From Mobula hypostoma (lineage: Eukaryota), in the NCBI RefSeq assembly GCF_963921235.1, contig NC_086097.1, positions 101,124,001 to 101,188,000 of the forward strand: DNA of 64,000 bases, read 5' to 3'. The stretch's first letter is position 1. Every line of letters starts with the position of its first letter. Under the pieces are notes generated by a model. That model searched no databases and was not told where the DNA came from. It saw only the letters and a list, made by a program, of their open reading frames with translations. Made by a program: the position numbers and the translations under genes. Positions 50,152 through 63,880 of the stretch are shown here, piece after piece.

Positions 50152-51275
50152 CACACTCAATGGCTACATTAGTAGGTACACTTGTGCGTCCATCGTCAAG
50201 GATCCCAAAAGCAAAGTCATGCTCCCTTCTCACTGCCACCATCGGGAAGAGGGTACAGGAGCCTCCGGACTCACACCACCAGGTTCAAGAACAATCATTA
50301 TGCCTCAACCATTCAGATTCTTGAGCCAGAGGGGATAACTTCACTCAACTTCACTTGAACCATAACTGATCTGTTCTCACAACCCATGGACTCACTTTCA
50401 AGGAATCTTCATCTCATGTTTTTGATATTTATTGTATATTTATTATTATTTTTATTTTTTCTGAGCTCAAGCAGTTAAAACCCGAGGTGCATGCACAGCC
50501 AAGCACACTCATTTCTCAATTCCAAGGAACTTTCTAGTGTTATGGTTTTCTGAAGATTTACATAAAATATTGCTGTATAGGCCTAATTGTTTAATGCTAT
50601 TGAGTAATGACTTTTAAATGATACTTTATTATTATTATCATTTATTATTTCTCTTTCTTTTTGTATTTTCACACTGGTTGCCCACCTTGTTGGTGCGGTC
50701 TTTCAATAATTCTTTTATGGTTATTAGATTTATTGAGTATGTCTGCAAGAAAATAAATCTCAGGGTTGTATATGGGGACATAAATGTTCTTTGATAATAA
50801 ATTTTCTTTGAACTTTGGATGTTGAACACCTGATTGTTAATGCAAATATCTAATCAGCCAGTCATGTGGCAGCAACTCAATGCATAAAAGCATGCAGACA
50901 TGGTCAAGAGGTTCAGTTGTTCAAACCAAACATGAGAATGGGGAAATAATGTGAGCTAAGTGATCTTTGACTTTGGAATGATTGTTGGTGCCAGAGGAGA
51001 TGGTTTGAGTATGCTGCTGATCTCCTGGGATTTTCACACACAACAGCTTCTAGAACTTTCAGGGAATGGTGCGAGAAACATCCAGATCAGAGGAGAATGG
51101 TCAGACTGGTTCAAGTTCACAGGAAGGTGTCAGTAACTCAAATAACTACGCATTACAACAGTGGTGTGCAGAAGAGCATCTCTGAGTGCACATGTCGAAC
51201 CTTGAAGTGGATGGGCTACTGCAGCAGAAGTTCACAAACTTCTCAGTGGCCACTATGTTAGGTACAGGAGGTTTG
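50152..51275 (+). mobile_element. Non-autonomous Tc1-like element with a Rex1/Babar tail inserted (~50185-50820)
   Basis: End motif CACTCAGTGGCCACT(A/T)T..TAGGTAC; decayed transposase N-terminus (GMIVGARG..ADLLGFS..MGYCSR). Confidence 0.7.
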
Positions 51276-51605
51276 TGTGAATGTGTGTGTGTGTGAGCAT
51301 TTATGAATTGTATATGTGTGTCTGTGTGTGAATGTATACTTGTGAGTGTGTGTGAATGGATGTATGTGTTTATATGTGTGAATGTACATTCAGTGGCCAT
51401 TTCTTCCCCATTCTGATGTTTGGTCTGAATAACAACTGAACCTCTTGATCATAGAAACATAGAAAACCTACAGCACAATACAGGCCCTTCGGCCCACAAA
51501 CTTGTGCCAAACATGTCCTTACCTTAGAAATTACTAGGCTTACCTATAGCCCTCTACTTTTCTAAGCTCCATGTACCTATCCAAAAGTCTCTTAAAAGAC
51601 CCTAT

Positions 51606-54531
51606 TTTTCTTTCATGTCCATCATACATGTTCCAGGACTGATTACCTTTTTATTGATAGCCAAATGATTCCATTAGTTCGATCCTGTGTATATAAAGAC
51701 ATTATTGTCTCAGATCATGATCCTGTGCTCTTATCTTTAAATCTCCCTGGCCTTCTTCAAACAAACAGGTTTTGGCGTTTTAATCTAACTTTGTTATCTG
51801 ATAAAGGTTTAGAATACGTTGGAGAAGACTTCTAGTCTTATCAGATAGGATGCCTTTAAGGCATATACTAGAGGACAAATTATTTCTTATACTGCAAGTA
51901 GTAAGAAAAAAGCTAATAAAGAGAGAAGTGATTTAGCTAACCAGTTGAGACAATTAGACCAGCAGTATGCCTTGGTTCCAGAACCTGTTTTATATAAAAG
52001 GCGTGTTGAAATTAAAACTAAATATGATCTCCTTTTAACTTATTCAATTGATACTCAACTCCTAAAAGATAAAAGTCAATTTTATATTCATGGAGACAAA
52101 GCAGGTAAATTATTGGCTAATCAAATTAAAACTTTTATAGCTAAACAGCAGATTAAAGAAATACGTAAAGCTAACTGTGGTAGAACAATTGATCATTTAG
52201 AAATAAATGATACTTTCAGAGAATTTTATTCTAGACTCTATAGCTCTGACTCTCCTAAGGATAACACTGTAATGAACAATTTTTTAGACCAATTAAACAT
52301 TCCCACAATCTCTGTTGACAACAGAAAGCAGTTGGAACAAACCTATTTCTTTTGAGGAAATTGTCGAGGCTGTGCGCTCATTGCACTCGAGGAGAGCTCC
52401 GGGTCCAGATGGATTTTCTGGAGAGTTTTATAAGACCTTTTCCCCACTGCTTATACCTCATTTGTGTTCAGTTTTTTTTTCAGATTCATTTAAGTTGGGC
52501 AGGCTGCCTCAATCTTTCTATGAGGCTTCCAGTTCGCTTATCCTCAAAAAGAATAAGGATCCAATTGAATGCTCTTCCTATAGACCAATTTCTTTACTTA
52601 ATATTGATACTAGAATTCTATCTAAAGTTTTGGCCCGTAGAATTGAAAATATTTTACCATCTGTCAGTTCTGATAATCAGACTGGATTTATCAAAAATCA
52701 ACATTCTCATTTTAATATTCATCATTTATTAAATGTTATCTATTCTCCTTCTAAGGAGATATCAGAATGTGTGGTATCCCTAGACGCTGAGAAGGCTTTT
52801 GACAGAGTTGAATGGAATTATTTATTTAAAATTTTAGAAAAATTCAATTTTGGACCTGATTTCATTCAATGGATTAAATTACTTTATTTAGCTCCCTCTG
52901 CTAGGGTTATTACTAATTCTCAGAACTCCAAACCATTTAAGCTTCAACGTGGCACCAAACAAGGCTGTCCATTGAGTCCTTTGCTTTTTGATCTGGCTTT
53001 AGAACCCTTAGCCAAAGCCTTTTGAGAATCTAATGATATCACTAGTATTTTAAGGAGAGGCACTACCCACAAAGTTTCGCTTTATGCTGATAATGTATTG
53101 TTCTTTATTTCTAATGTCGAGACTTCGTTATCCCATGCACTTCCTTTACTCTCCTGTTTTAGCCAGTTCTCAGATTATAAACTGAATTTACATAAGAGTG
53201 AACTTTTTCCTTTGAATAATTGGATATCAACTAATTCTAACCTTCCTTTTAAAATTGTAAGAAACCAATTTACTTCCTTAGGTATAACAATTACTAAAAA
53301 ATTATAAGTGCTTATTTAAAGAAAATTTTCTTACACTATCAAATTATGTAAAAAGGACACTATCAAATTGGTCGCCTCTTTCGTTATCATTGATTGGTCA
53401 AATTAATTCTATTAAAATGAATATTTTACCTAAATTTATATATCTTTTTCAGGCATTACCTATTTTTATCCCTAAATCGTTTTTGATTCCCTTGATTCTA
53501 TTATATCATCCCATATATGGAAAAATATCATGAAATTCTGCACCCTTTTTTCTCCAAACATACCTTTGCTCACTGTGGCGAAAATGTTCTATTTTAACTT
53601 CATCAGTCCACAGGACTTGTTTCCAAAATGCATCAGGCTTGTTTAGATGTTTCTTTGAACCGTTTGAACAGAACTTTTTGGCTGCAATGAGCAAAGGTAT
53701 GTTTGGAGAAAAAAGGGTGCAGAATTTCATGAAAAGAATCCCTCTCCAACTGTTAAGCACCGGGGTGGATCCATCATGCTTTGGGCTTGTGTTGCAGCCA
53801 GTGGCACGGGGAACATTTACTGGTAGAGGGAAGAATGAATTCAATTAAATACCAGCAAATTCTGGAAGCAAACATCACACCGTCTGTAAAAAAGCTGAAG
53901 ATGAAAAGAAGGTGGCTTCTACAACAGGATAATGAACCTAAACACACCTCAAAATCCACAATGGACTACCCCAAGAGGCGCAAGCCCTCACAGTCCCCTG
54001 ACCTAAACATCATCGAGAATCTGTGGATAGACCTCAAAAGAGCAGTGCATGCAAGACGGCCAAGAATCTCACAGAGCTAGAAGCCTTTTACAAGGAAGAA
54101 TGGGCGAAAATCTCCCAAACAAGAATTGAAAGGTTCTTAGCTGGCTACAGAAAGCGTTTACAAGCTGTGATACTTGCCAAAGGGGGTGTTACTAAGTTCT
54201 GCCGTGCAGGGTGCCCAAACTTTTACTTCGGGCCCTTTTCCTTTTTTGTTATTTTGAAACTGTAAAAGATGGAAATAAAAAAGTTTGCTTGCTTAAAATA
54301 TGAAAGGAATGTGTCATCTTTAACTTTATGCCTTTTGGAAATCAGTTCATCATTTACTCGCTTAGCTATTCACAGTAACAGAAATTTTGATCAGGGGTGC
54401 CCAAACTTTTGCATGCCACTGTAGAGTAAGGAGTTTGTATGTGTGATTCAGTATAATGTATTTGATATATTTCTTTTTTCTTGAACTCTGTATTTTCCTA
54501 TGTAGAAAATGAATAAAAATATTGGAAAAGA
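51606..54531 (+). mobile_element. L1-clade LINE, 5'-truncated, with an internal deletion
   Basis: APGPDGFSGEFY, SYRPISLLNID, SLDAEKAFDRVEW, RGTKQGCPLSPLLF; AATAAA and A-rich end; TSD AAAAGACCCTAT (51594-51605 and 54532-54543) at a TT/AAAA site. Confidence 0.93.
53528..54421 (+). mobile_element. Tc1 (DD34E) derivative, second copy, with an inverted left segment
   Basis: WTDEVKIE on the minus arm; LQQDNEPKH and SPDLNIIENLW on plus; same TIR followed by TA as 15441-16300. Confidence 0.93.
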
Positions 54532-56793
54532 AAAAGACCCTATCGTATCCACCTCCACCACCGTTACTGGCAGCCCATTCCACGCACTCACCACTCTCTG
54601 AGTGAAAAACTTACCCCTGACTTCTCCTCTGTACTGACTCCCAAGCACCTTAAACCTGTGTCCTCTTGTGGCAACCATTTCAGCCCTGGGAAAAAGCCTC
54701 TGACTATCCACACGATCAATGCCTTTCATCATCTTATACACCTCTATTAGGTCACTTTTCATCCTCCGTCGCTTCAAGGAGAAAAGGTCGAGTTCACTCA
54801 ACCTATTCTCATAAGGCATGCTCCCCAATCCAGGCAACATCTTTGTAAATTTCCTCTGCACCCTTTCTATGGCTTCCAGATCCTTCCTGTAGTGAGGCGA
54901 CCAGAACTGAGCACAGTACTCCAAGTGGGGTCTGACCAGGGTCCTATATAGCTGCAACATTACCTCTCGGCTCCTAAATTCAGTTCCACGATCGATGAAG
55001 GCCAATATACCATATGCCTTCTTAACCACACAGTCAACCTGCGCAGCTGCTTTAAGCGTCCTATGGACTCGGACCCCGAGATCCCTCTGATCCTCCACAC
55101 TGCCAAGAGCCTTACCATTAATACTATATTCTGCCATCATATTTGACCTACCAAAATGAACCACTTCGCACTTACCTGGGTTGACTCCATCTGCCACTTC
55201 TCAGCCCAGTTTTGCATCCTATCAATGTCCCGCTGTAACCTCTGACAGCCCTCCAACTATCCACAACACCTCCAACCTTTGTGTCATCAGCAAACTTACT
55301 AACCCATTCCTCCACTTCCTCATCCAGGTCATTTATAAAAATCACGAAGAGTAAGGATCCCAGAACAGATCCCTGAGGCACTCCACTGGTGACCAACCTC
55401 CATGCAGAATATGACCCATCTACAACCACTCTTTGCCTTCTGTGGGCAAGCCAGTTCTGGATCTCTGGATCCAAAAAGCAATGTCCCCTTGAATCCCAAG
55501 CCTCCTTACTTTCTCAATAAGCATTGCATGGGGTACCTTATCAAATGCCTTGCTGAAATCCATATACACTACATCTACTGCTCTTCCTTCATCAATGTGT
55601 TTAGTCACATCCTCAAAAAATTCAATCAGGCTCGTAAGGCACGACCTGCCCTTGACAAAGCCATGCTGTCTATTCCTAATCATATTATACCTCTCCAAAT
55701 GTTCATAAATCCTGCCTCTCAGGATCTTCTCCATCAACTTACCAACCACTGAAGTAAGACTCACTGGTCTATAATTTCCTGGGCTATCTTTACTCCCTTT
55801 CTTGAATAAAGGAACAACATCTGCAACCCTCCGATCCTCCAGAACCTCTTCTGTCACTATTGATGATGCAAAGATCATCACCACAGGCTCAGCAATCTCC
55901 TCTCTTGCCTCCCACAGTAGCCTGAGGTACATTTCATCGGTCCTGGCGACTTATCCAACTTTATGCTTTCCAAAAGCTCCAGCACATCCTCTTTCTTAAT
56001 GTCTACATGCTCAAGCTTTTCAGTCTGCTGCAAGTCATCACTAAAATCACCAAGATCCTTTTCCATAGTGAATACTGAAGTAAAGTATTCATTAAATACC
56101 TCTGCTATTTCCTCCGGTTCCATACACACTTTCCCACTGTCACACTTGATAGGTCCTATTCTTTCACGTCTTATCCTCTTGCTCTTCACATACTTGTAGA
56201 ATGCCTTGGGGTTTTCCTTAATCCTGCCCGCCAAGGCCTTCTCATGGCCCCTTCTGGCTCTCCTAATTTCCTTCTTAAGCACCTTCTTATTAGCCTTATA
56301 ATCTTCTAGATCTCTAACATTACCTAGCTCTCTGAACCTTTCGTAAGCCTTTCTTTTCTTCTTGACTAGATTTATTACAACCTTTGTACACCATGGTTCC
56401 TGTACCCTACCATAACTTCCCTGTCTCATTGGAACATACCTATGCGAACTCCACAGAAATATCCCCTGAACAATAGCCACATTTATATAACCATATAACA
56501 ATTACAGCATGGAAACAGGCCATCTCGGCCCTTTTAGTCCTTGCCGAAATATTTAATCTCACCTAGTCCCACCGACTGACATTTCTTCCGTACTTTTCCC
56601 TGAGAACATCTGTTTCCAATTTAAGCTTCCAATTTCCTGCCTGATAGCCTCATAATTCCCCTTACTCCAATTAAATGCTTTTCTAACTTGTCTGTTCCTA
56701 TCTCTTTCCAATCATAGAATTATGATCACTATCTCCAAAATGCTCTCCCACTTACAGATCTGACACCTGACCAGGTTCATTTCCCAATACTAA

Positions 56794-57400
56794 GGCGGGA
56801 GGAGAAGATGGTGGCGCGCCGCGTGTGCGCAGCCCTCCGGTGAAAAATGATATTGTATCTATTAAATAGGGGCCGTGGACAATTCTGATTTGATGGAGAA
56901 TGGACGTGAAAGCACAGAGGAACATCTGGAGAAATTTCTGAAACACCCGTTCGCTGCTGTCGTTACTGTGTGGTTGGGAATCTTTCAGAGGGTAGGCCTC
57001 AAAATCCCCGGCCTTGCCTGCTTTTGGCGACCGAGAAGGAGGTCGAATCGTTTGGACAGTACTTGGTGTCGGAGAGCTGATCAAAGCTCGAAGTTTTCGG
57101 ATGACTCAGAGTCGGATTGTGGTCGGCATGGCAGGGAGAGTTTTTCTTCCTTCTTCCGTCTACATGAGATGTGGGACATTTGAGAAACTTTGACTTTACT
57201 GTGCTCATGGACTTCTTCATCAAGTTATGGTATTGTGCACTGTTGTAACTATATGTTATAATGATGTGGTTTTGTCAGTTTTTTCAGTCTTGGTCTGTCC
57301 TGTGTTTTGTGATATCACACCGGAGGAAATAATGTATCATTTCTTAATGCATGCATTACTAAATGACAATAAAAGAGGACTACGTGTCTTCATAATCTAA
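56794..57400 (+). mobile_element. ~600 bp non-autonomous retroelement (copy D, full length) inserted in CR1
   Basis: GGCGGGAGGAGAAGATGGTGGCG head, CATAATCTAA tail, CTAAG junction microhomology. Confidence 0.9.
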
Positions 57401-59594
57401 GTCAAGTACAGCCTCTCCTCTTGTAGGCTTATCTACATATTGTGTCAAGAAACCTTCCTGAACATACCTAACAAACTCCACCCCATCTAAACCCCTTGCT
57501 CTTGGGAGATGCCAATCGTTATTTGGGAAATTAAAATCTCCCATCATGACAACTCTGTTATTATTGCACCTTTCCAGAATCTGTTTCCCTATCTGCTGCT
57601 CGATATCCCTGTTACTATTGGGCAGCCTATAAAAAACACCCAGTAAAGCTATTGACCCCTTCCTGTTCCTAACCTCCACCTACAGAGACTCCGTAGACAA
57701 TCTCTGCATGGCGTCCACCTTTTCTGCAGCCGTGACACTATCTCTGATCAACAGTGCCATGCCCCCACCTCTTTTGCCTCCTTCCCTGTCCTTTCTGAAA
57801 CATCTAAAACCCAGCACTTGAAGTAACCATTCCTGTCCCTGAGACATCCAAGTCTCTGTAATGGCCACCACATCATATTTCCAAGCACTGATCCACGCTC
57901 TAAGCTCATCCGCTTTGTTCATAACACTCCTTCCTTTAAAATAAACGCATCTCAAACCTTCAGTCTGAGCGCGTATCTTCTCTATCACCTGCCTATCCTC
58001 CCTCTTGCACGGTCTGCAAGCTTTCTCTATTTGTGAGCCAACCGCCTCTTCCCCAGTCTCTTCAGTTCGGTTCCCACCCCCCCAACAATTCTAGTTTAAA
58101 CTCTCCGCAGTAGCCTTAGCAAACCTCCCCGCCAGGATATGGTCCCCCTGGGATTCAAGTGTAACCTGTCCTTTTGGTACAGGTCACATCTGCCCCAAAA
58201 GCGGTCCCGATGATCCAGAAATCTGAATCCCTGCCCCCTGCTCCAATCCCTCAGCCACGCATTTATCCTCCACCTCATTCTATTCCTATTCTCACTGTCG
58301 TGTGGCACAGGCAGTAATCCCGAGATTACTACCTTTGCGGTCCTGCTTCTCAACTTCCTTCCTAACTCCCTGTACTCTTTTTTTGGAATCTCTTCCCTTT
58401 TCCTACCTATGTCATTGGTACCAATATGTACCACGACCTCTGGCTGTTCTCCCTCCTACTGCAGGATATCTTGGGTGTGATCTGAAACATCCCAGACCCT
58501 GGCACCTGGGAGGCAAACTATCATCCGAGTTTCTTTCCTGCATCCACAGAATCGCCTGTCTGACCCTCTAACTATAGAGTTTCCTATCACTACTGCCATC
58601 CTCTTCCTTTCCCTACCCTCCTGAGCCACAGGGCCAGACTCTGTGCCAGAGGCACAGCCACTGTCGCTTCCCCCAGGTAGGCTGTCTCCCCCAACAGTAC
58701 TCAAACAGAAGTACTTATTGTCAAGGGGTACAGCCACAGGGGTACTCTCTCGTACCTGACTCTTCCCCTTCCGTCTCCTGACTGTGACCCACTTGTCTGT
58801 CTCCCATGGCCCCAGTGTGACCACCTGCCTGTAACTCCTTTCTATCACCTCCTCGCTCTCCCTGACCAGGCGAAGGTCATCGAGCTGCATCTCCAGTTCC
58901 CTAACTCAGCCTCTCAGGAGCTGCAGCTCGACACACCTGGTGCAGATATGGCCGTCCGGGAGGCTGGGAGACTCCAGGACCTCACACATCTGATACCGAG
59001 CACAGAAAACTGGCCTCACACACATACTTCCTCATTTCCGCAAATAACCCCAGTAAACCTACCTCGCTTCATCCCGTTACTGCCTAAGCCCATTGAGCCA
59101 AAGCCCGATCACTCTGCTGCCTCTCACTCCGCTGGTCGCTGGATATGGCAGTCTTCTTTTTAATACCTTTCGCGCTCTACTGGCTGACATCACGTGCCTG
59201 CACAGTCTTGCCTCTCTTTTACCCCAAGTGATAAAAACTGCCCTTGCTCCGAAAACCAGCCATTCACTCGCAGCCTTCTTGCTCCGAATCCATGCCCGCA
59301 TGCTTCTATGAATTGAGTTACAGCCACATGATTGGCTGATTAGATATTTGCGTTGATGAGGTGTACGGTCGTACTGGCTGCTGAGTGTATGTCTGAGCGT
59401 GTGCGTATATATATATGTGAGAGAGATGCTGGTCAGATGTTGAAGGTGTCTCCTTTTCTCAGAGAATGTGGAGCTTGGTAGCAGGATGTTGGCTTGTGCA
59501 GTAGAAGCTGATGCCTGTTGTATGTGCACTTGAGAGGTGGAGCTGTTTCTGGCTGGAGCAGACCGTAAGTGTCAGGTCATGTTGATCAGGGCCA

Positions 59595-59970
59595 CCACCC
59601 TCTGTGTGAAAAAAAATCCTTTTCAAATTTCTCCCCTATCACCTTAAATCTATGCCCTTTAGTTTTAGACCCCTTACTTTGAGGAAAAGACTGTGACTGT
59701 CCATGTTATCTACGCCCCCCTTGCTCTATAAGGTCACCTCTCAGCCTCCTCCACTCCACGGAAAACAGCCCAGCCTATCCTGCCTCTCATTATAGCTCAA
59801 GTCCTCCAGTCCCAGTGACATCCTCATGAATCTTTTCTGTACCCTTTCCGTCCTTCCTGCAGCTGGGCAGCCAGCACTCCACACAATTCTGCAAGTGTGG
59901 TCTCACATATATCTTGTATAGTTGTAACATGGCATCTCAATATTGTATCTGTACTCAGTGCCGTTGACCA
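59595..59970 (-). mobile_element. Decayed CR1 3' fragment
   Basis: Similar to the CR1 C-terminal region of other copies. Confidence 0.65.
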
Positions 59971-60913
59971 ATAGCCTAAACAATTCTTAGACTCAGTCAA
60001 CAAGATGGCAATAAGATGGAAGTCTCCATTGACCTCATGTTGACAAGCCCTGATCCTGGCTCACACAGGTTAAGTTGGTTTTACCGAATGTGCAGTCAGT
60101 GACCTGACACATTGGTCAGGGTCAGTATAGATAGGATGTGCCAGAGAGACTGGGGAACATGAGGCCAGATTGTGAGTGCAAATTGGTTGAAATAGTTATT
60201 ACCTAATTTCTGTGGTTCCTTGTGTCCTTTCTACACAAGTAGCAGAGCATAAACCACCTCAGAAACTCCTTCACTTGTGCTGTTTGAAAGTTTTAGCTAG
60301 ACTTGACAATTGAGAACTCACTAAGCAAATTCACCAGACACATCTCTAGAGAGTCTCTTTTAACTTGTTTAGTATTATATTACATTGGCCTTATCAATAA
60401 AGCACGCTCCTTCACAAGTAGCTTGCTCATTTTAATCGATCACATTCATTGTTTCAGTGAAGATATTAGAGTTTCAAATCAAACAGATTCTTGGTTTGAC
60501 AACTAGGGTTGATAGAACACAGGGTTATAAAGTGCAGAGTAAATACTGTTTGCTGTTTCCATCAAACCCCAGCCAGGTTTTGGCACTGATATTTCAAGAA
60601 CTGTTCCACACCAGGCTTTCAGTGAGTTCTGACCATGCTGGCAAACTAGGAAATGGCTCACACTGTTACAGGGAAATGTGTCGTAATCCTTAAACTCATC
60701 TTGGATGGAGTTCTACCTTACCAATGAACAGCAGAGATTTGGGTAAAGGAGCCAGAGGTTGGATGGAAGACTGAGGTGAAACTGAAAAAAGTTCTTAAGA
60801 TGTACTGCATTAGTCTACTCATGCCGGTCAGCTTTACAACAGCTGAAAATTGGGAAGAGCTCCTAAAGTGTAAGCATGACATTACAACATAGCAGGACCT
60901 TCTCTTACACGCA

Positions 60914-61065
60914 TCAGGACTTCGAGGAACCTTTGAGAGTCATGTACTTATAGACAGTCTCACGGAAACGTCGGTCCCTGCTCAGTTTCCTGGCTGTCTC
61001 CTTCAGTTCCTCCATCTCTTCTTCCCCTTCACCTTGGGGGACGGCCAAGGAGTGGGAATTGGTCA
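60914..61065 (-). CDS. Putative terminal coding exon of an unidentified gene
   Basis: Strong pyrimidine tract and acceptor TTCCTTACCTTCATCTCCGCCTTTATTCCAG; reads TNSHSLAVPQGEGEEEMEELKETARKLSRDRRFRETVYKYMTLKGSSKS*. Confidence 0.45.
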
Positions 61066-61259
61066 CTGGAATAAAGGCGGAGATGAAGGTAAGGAATGTG
61101 AACATCTTTGACCAGTTAATGATCACTGGTGCAATATTGTGTATTTCTATAGCACCTTCTGAACTGGGGCAGCACGTAGATTTCTTGCCCTTGGTAGTTC
61201 ATCAGCTGGTCCAGGGCAAGGTAATTTTCCCCCTGAACCCCAAGATTGACATAGATATC

Positions 61260-62200
61260 GTGGCTCACCAATGTCCCTACTTCCTCAGGACCCGAAAGAA
61301 ATTTGACCTGTCCCTATCTGCCGTTCATTTTTATTGATGCTCCATGTCCAGAAGCATGAGGGCTTGGTACAGCAATATGCGCTGCCCCTGACCAAAAGAA
61401 ACTGCACATCACAGAAACAAGCCTCCCCTCCACGGACTTGTCTACAATCATTGCTGTCTCAATAAAACAGGCATCCAAGACCCTTCAGCAGACACTCTTT
61501 CTCCTCCCCTCTTCCTTTGGGCAGAAGATAGAACAGGCCGTACTAGCAGGTTCATTTTAGCCTACTGCTATAAGACTAGTAAATAGTTCTCTAGTGAGAT
61601 ACGCTGGACTCTTCACCTCACAATCTACCAATTTATATTCAGAATCAGAATCAGGTTGATTATCACCGGCATTTGTCGTGAAATCTGTTAACTTAGCAGC
61701 AGCAGTTCAATGCAATACATAATATCGACAAAGAAAAATAATAATAATAATAATAAATAAATAAGTAAATCAATTACAGTATACACATAATGAATAGAAT
61801 TTTTTAAATCATGCAAAAACAGAAATAATATATATTGGAAAAGGTGAGGTAGTGTCCAAGGATTCAATGTCCATTTAGTAATCGGATGCAGAGGAGAAGA
61901 AGCTGTTCCTGAATCACTGAGTGCGTGCCTTCAGGCTTCTGTACCTCCTACCTGATGGTAACAGTGAGAAAAGGGCATGCCCTGGGTGCTGGAGGTCCTT
62001 AATAATGGACTCTGCCTTTTTGAAACACCTTTCATGCACCTTATTGTTTACCTGCTTTGCACTTTCTCTGTAGCTGTTACACTTTATGACTGATTACTGA
62101 TCTGTTACTGATTTACCTTGTTCTACCTCAGTGCACTGTGTAATGATCGGATCTGTATGCAAGACAAGCTTTTCGCCGTACATGTGACAGTAATGAACCA
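61260..62200. mobile_element. Rex1/Babar 3' fragment (+) with a second Rex-type tail inserted antisense (~61640-62025)
   Basis: AHQCPYFLRTRKKF; (ATTCTG)n tail on the minus strand. Confidence 0.7.
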
Positions 62201-62949
62201 ATCCAATTGCAATATTTACACTAACCCAAACTTGCTAATGCCCTGATTATTCCCGTGTAGATCCAATTGTGGAAAAGATACTCTGGGTGAACAGATTACC
62301 ACATTCATCAAGTTACCACAGCAATCAGATCTAACCATCTTTCATAGGTCGGAAGGCATCTTGGGATGTCCTGAGCATTTTGGAAATGCAAGACTTTCAT
62401 TTAAACAATAGCCTTTAAGATACAAGAAAGATGTAATGAAGGATAAGCAAACAGATTGATACTCTACACAATGCAGCAGTAGCAATTGTGGCATGAAGAG
62501 ATAAAGAACGTTCATCAGAATCTGCGCTTTGTCCTGATACTAGATTATGCATCTTCTATTGAAACCTGCCCCTCTTTGACCTTTTACTGACCTCCCTCCA
62601 TGTACACCGTGTATTTTCTCAATTGTCCACACTGGACAGAACTCACTCCTCACCCAATTGAATTTAGCATTTCAATACCTTTCATTCATCTACTTTCCCC
62701 TTTCGTTTATCTGTAAATTGTCTGTACCACATTCAAAAACAACACACAATACATTCACACCCTTGATATACCTGAAAATTGCATTGTTCTATTCTGACAG
62801 TAACCTGCTACAATCTCACCCCTACCCCCTCCACCTCTAGCCCCCTAACCCATGGTAATGAGGGAGTGTGGCTTGCAATTGTAACAAAAGCTACAGGGGG
62901 CTTGCAGTCATACCAAAATATCAACATGCACACACGGGAAGTGGGAACA

Positions 62950-63380
62950 TAAGAAGGCTACCAGACAGAAAGGGCCAGTAATATCATGAAGGATCCCACC
63001 CACCCTGCTTATGGACTGCTTGTCCCACTCCCATCAGGGAGGGTACTATGTAGCATCCACACCAGGACGAGGTGACTCAAAAACAGTTACTTTCCCCAAG
63101 CAGTAAGGCTGATCAACACCTCCATCCACTAACATACCCCTAACCACCACTTCTTATCATTTCCTGTCAGTCACCTTATATACAGCTTCTCCTGTACCTA
63201 CTGTCACTTTATAGACATACAATTGATCTATTTATTTATATTTATTGTGCTTTTATTATTATTGTATTTATCTTTTGTATTTTTTTATGCTGCATTGGAT
63301 GTGGGGTAACAACTATTTCATTCTCCTTTACCCTTGAGTAGAGGAAATGACATAAAACCATCTTGAATCTTGAATCTTGC
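62950..63380 (+). mobile_element. Rex1/Babar 3' tail
   Basis: IMKDPTHPAYGLLVPLPSGR; (ATCTTGA)n terminus. Confidence 0.75.
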
Positions 63381-63783
63381 TCAATTATTTAATAATAGTA
63401 ACATTATCTCCAGATACATGCCTGCCTCCATCACCTTTCACCTCATTGATAATACCTCTGTGATACAATTATTTATTTCAAACCTTTGGCTTCCATGTTA
63501 ATTGAAGAAGTGAGTTCAAAGACTATCAACTCTAGAAAATAGGGAAAAAATGCCTCATTTCTTTATTAAATGAATGACTCCTTATTTTTTACAGTGACCC
63601 TGGGTTCCAGATTCCCATCCTCTCCACCCTATCAAAACACTCAGGATTTTACAAGTCTCAGTCGAGTCCTCCCCCCCTCTTTCAATCTCCAGATACAAGC
63701 CTTCCCTGTTCAGTTCCATGCGCCACCACTGTTCCTCTGAGCCGTTCAGGTGTGTAGCTGCACAGTAACCGGAATGCTCTTAC

Positions 63784-63880
63784 CATTTGTTGCCACACGG
63801 CTGGAACTTTTAATGTTAATAGTATTTTGCAATAATGCTAACGTAATTTTGTAATCCATGTTAATGTAATTGTGAATTAC
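63784..63880 (-). CDS. Putative internal exon upstream of 60914-61065
   Basis: CCAG acceptor and ATG|GTAAGA donor; open frame VIHNYINMDYKITLALLQNTINIKSSSRVATN; phase matches the downstream exon, but AT-rich and the acceptor is uncertain. Confidence 0.3.

Larger units (their letters stand above)
51453..59290 (-). mobile_element. Full-length CR1 LINE (5' UTR, ORF1 with zinc finger and SGNH esterase, ORF2) hosting several younger insertions
   Basis: ORF1 VVIGNSIVRG..CLPGARV..VHIGTNDIG; ORF2 endonuclease (57380-57988) and RT (55172-55932); tail at 51453. Confidence 0.93.
51385..59390 (-). mobile_element. Second, inverted Tc1-like remnant split into 51385-51452 and 59291-59390 by a CR1 insertion
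   Basis: The two halves join as GAACCTCTTGATCAT|GCCCGCATGC, the reverse complement of 50830-50945. Confidence 0.75.

Noticed and set aside
61000..61240. T-box or L1 ORF1 similarity of the minus-strand peptide
   Set aside because: Only a vague resemblance; key conserved residues are missing.
62290..62400. DeuSINE-like tail (also ~44110-44220)
   Set aside because: Too degenerate to call by eye.
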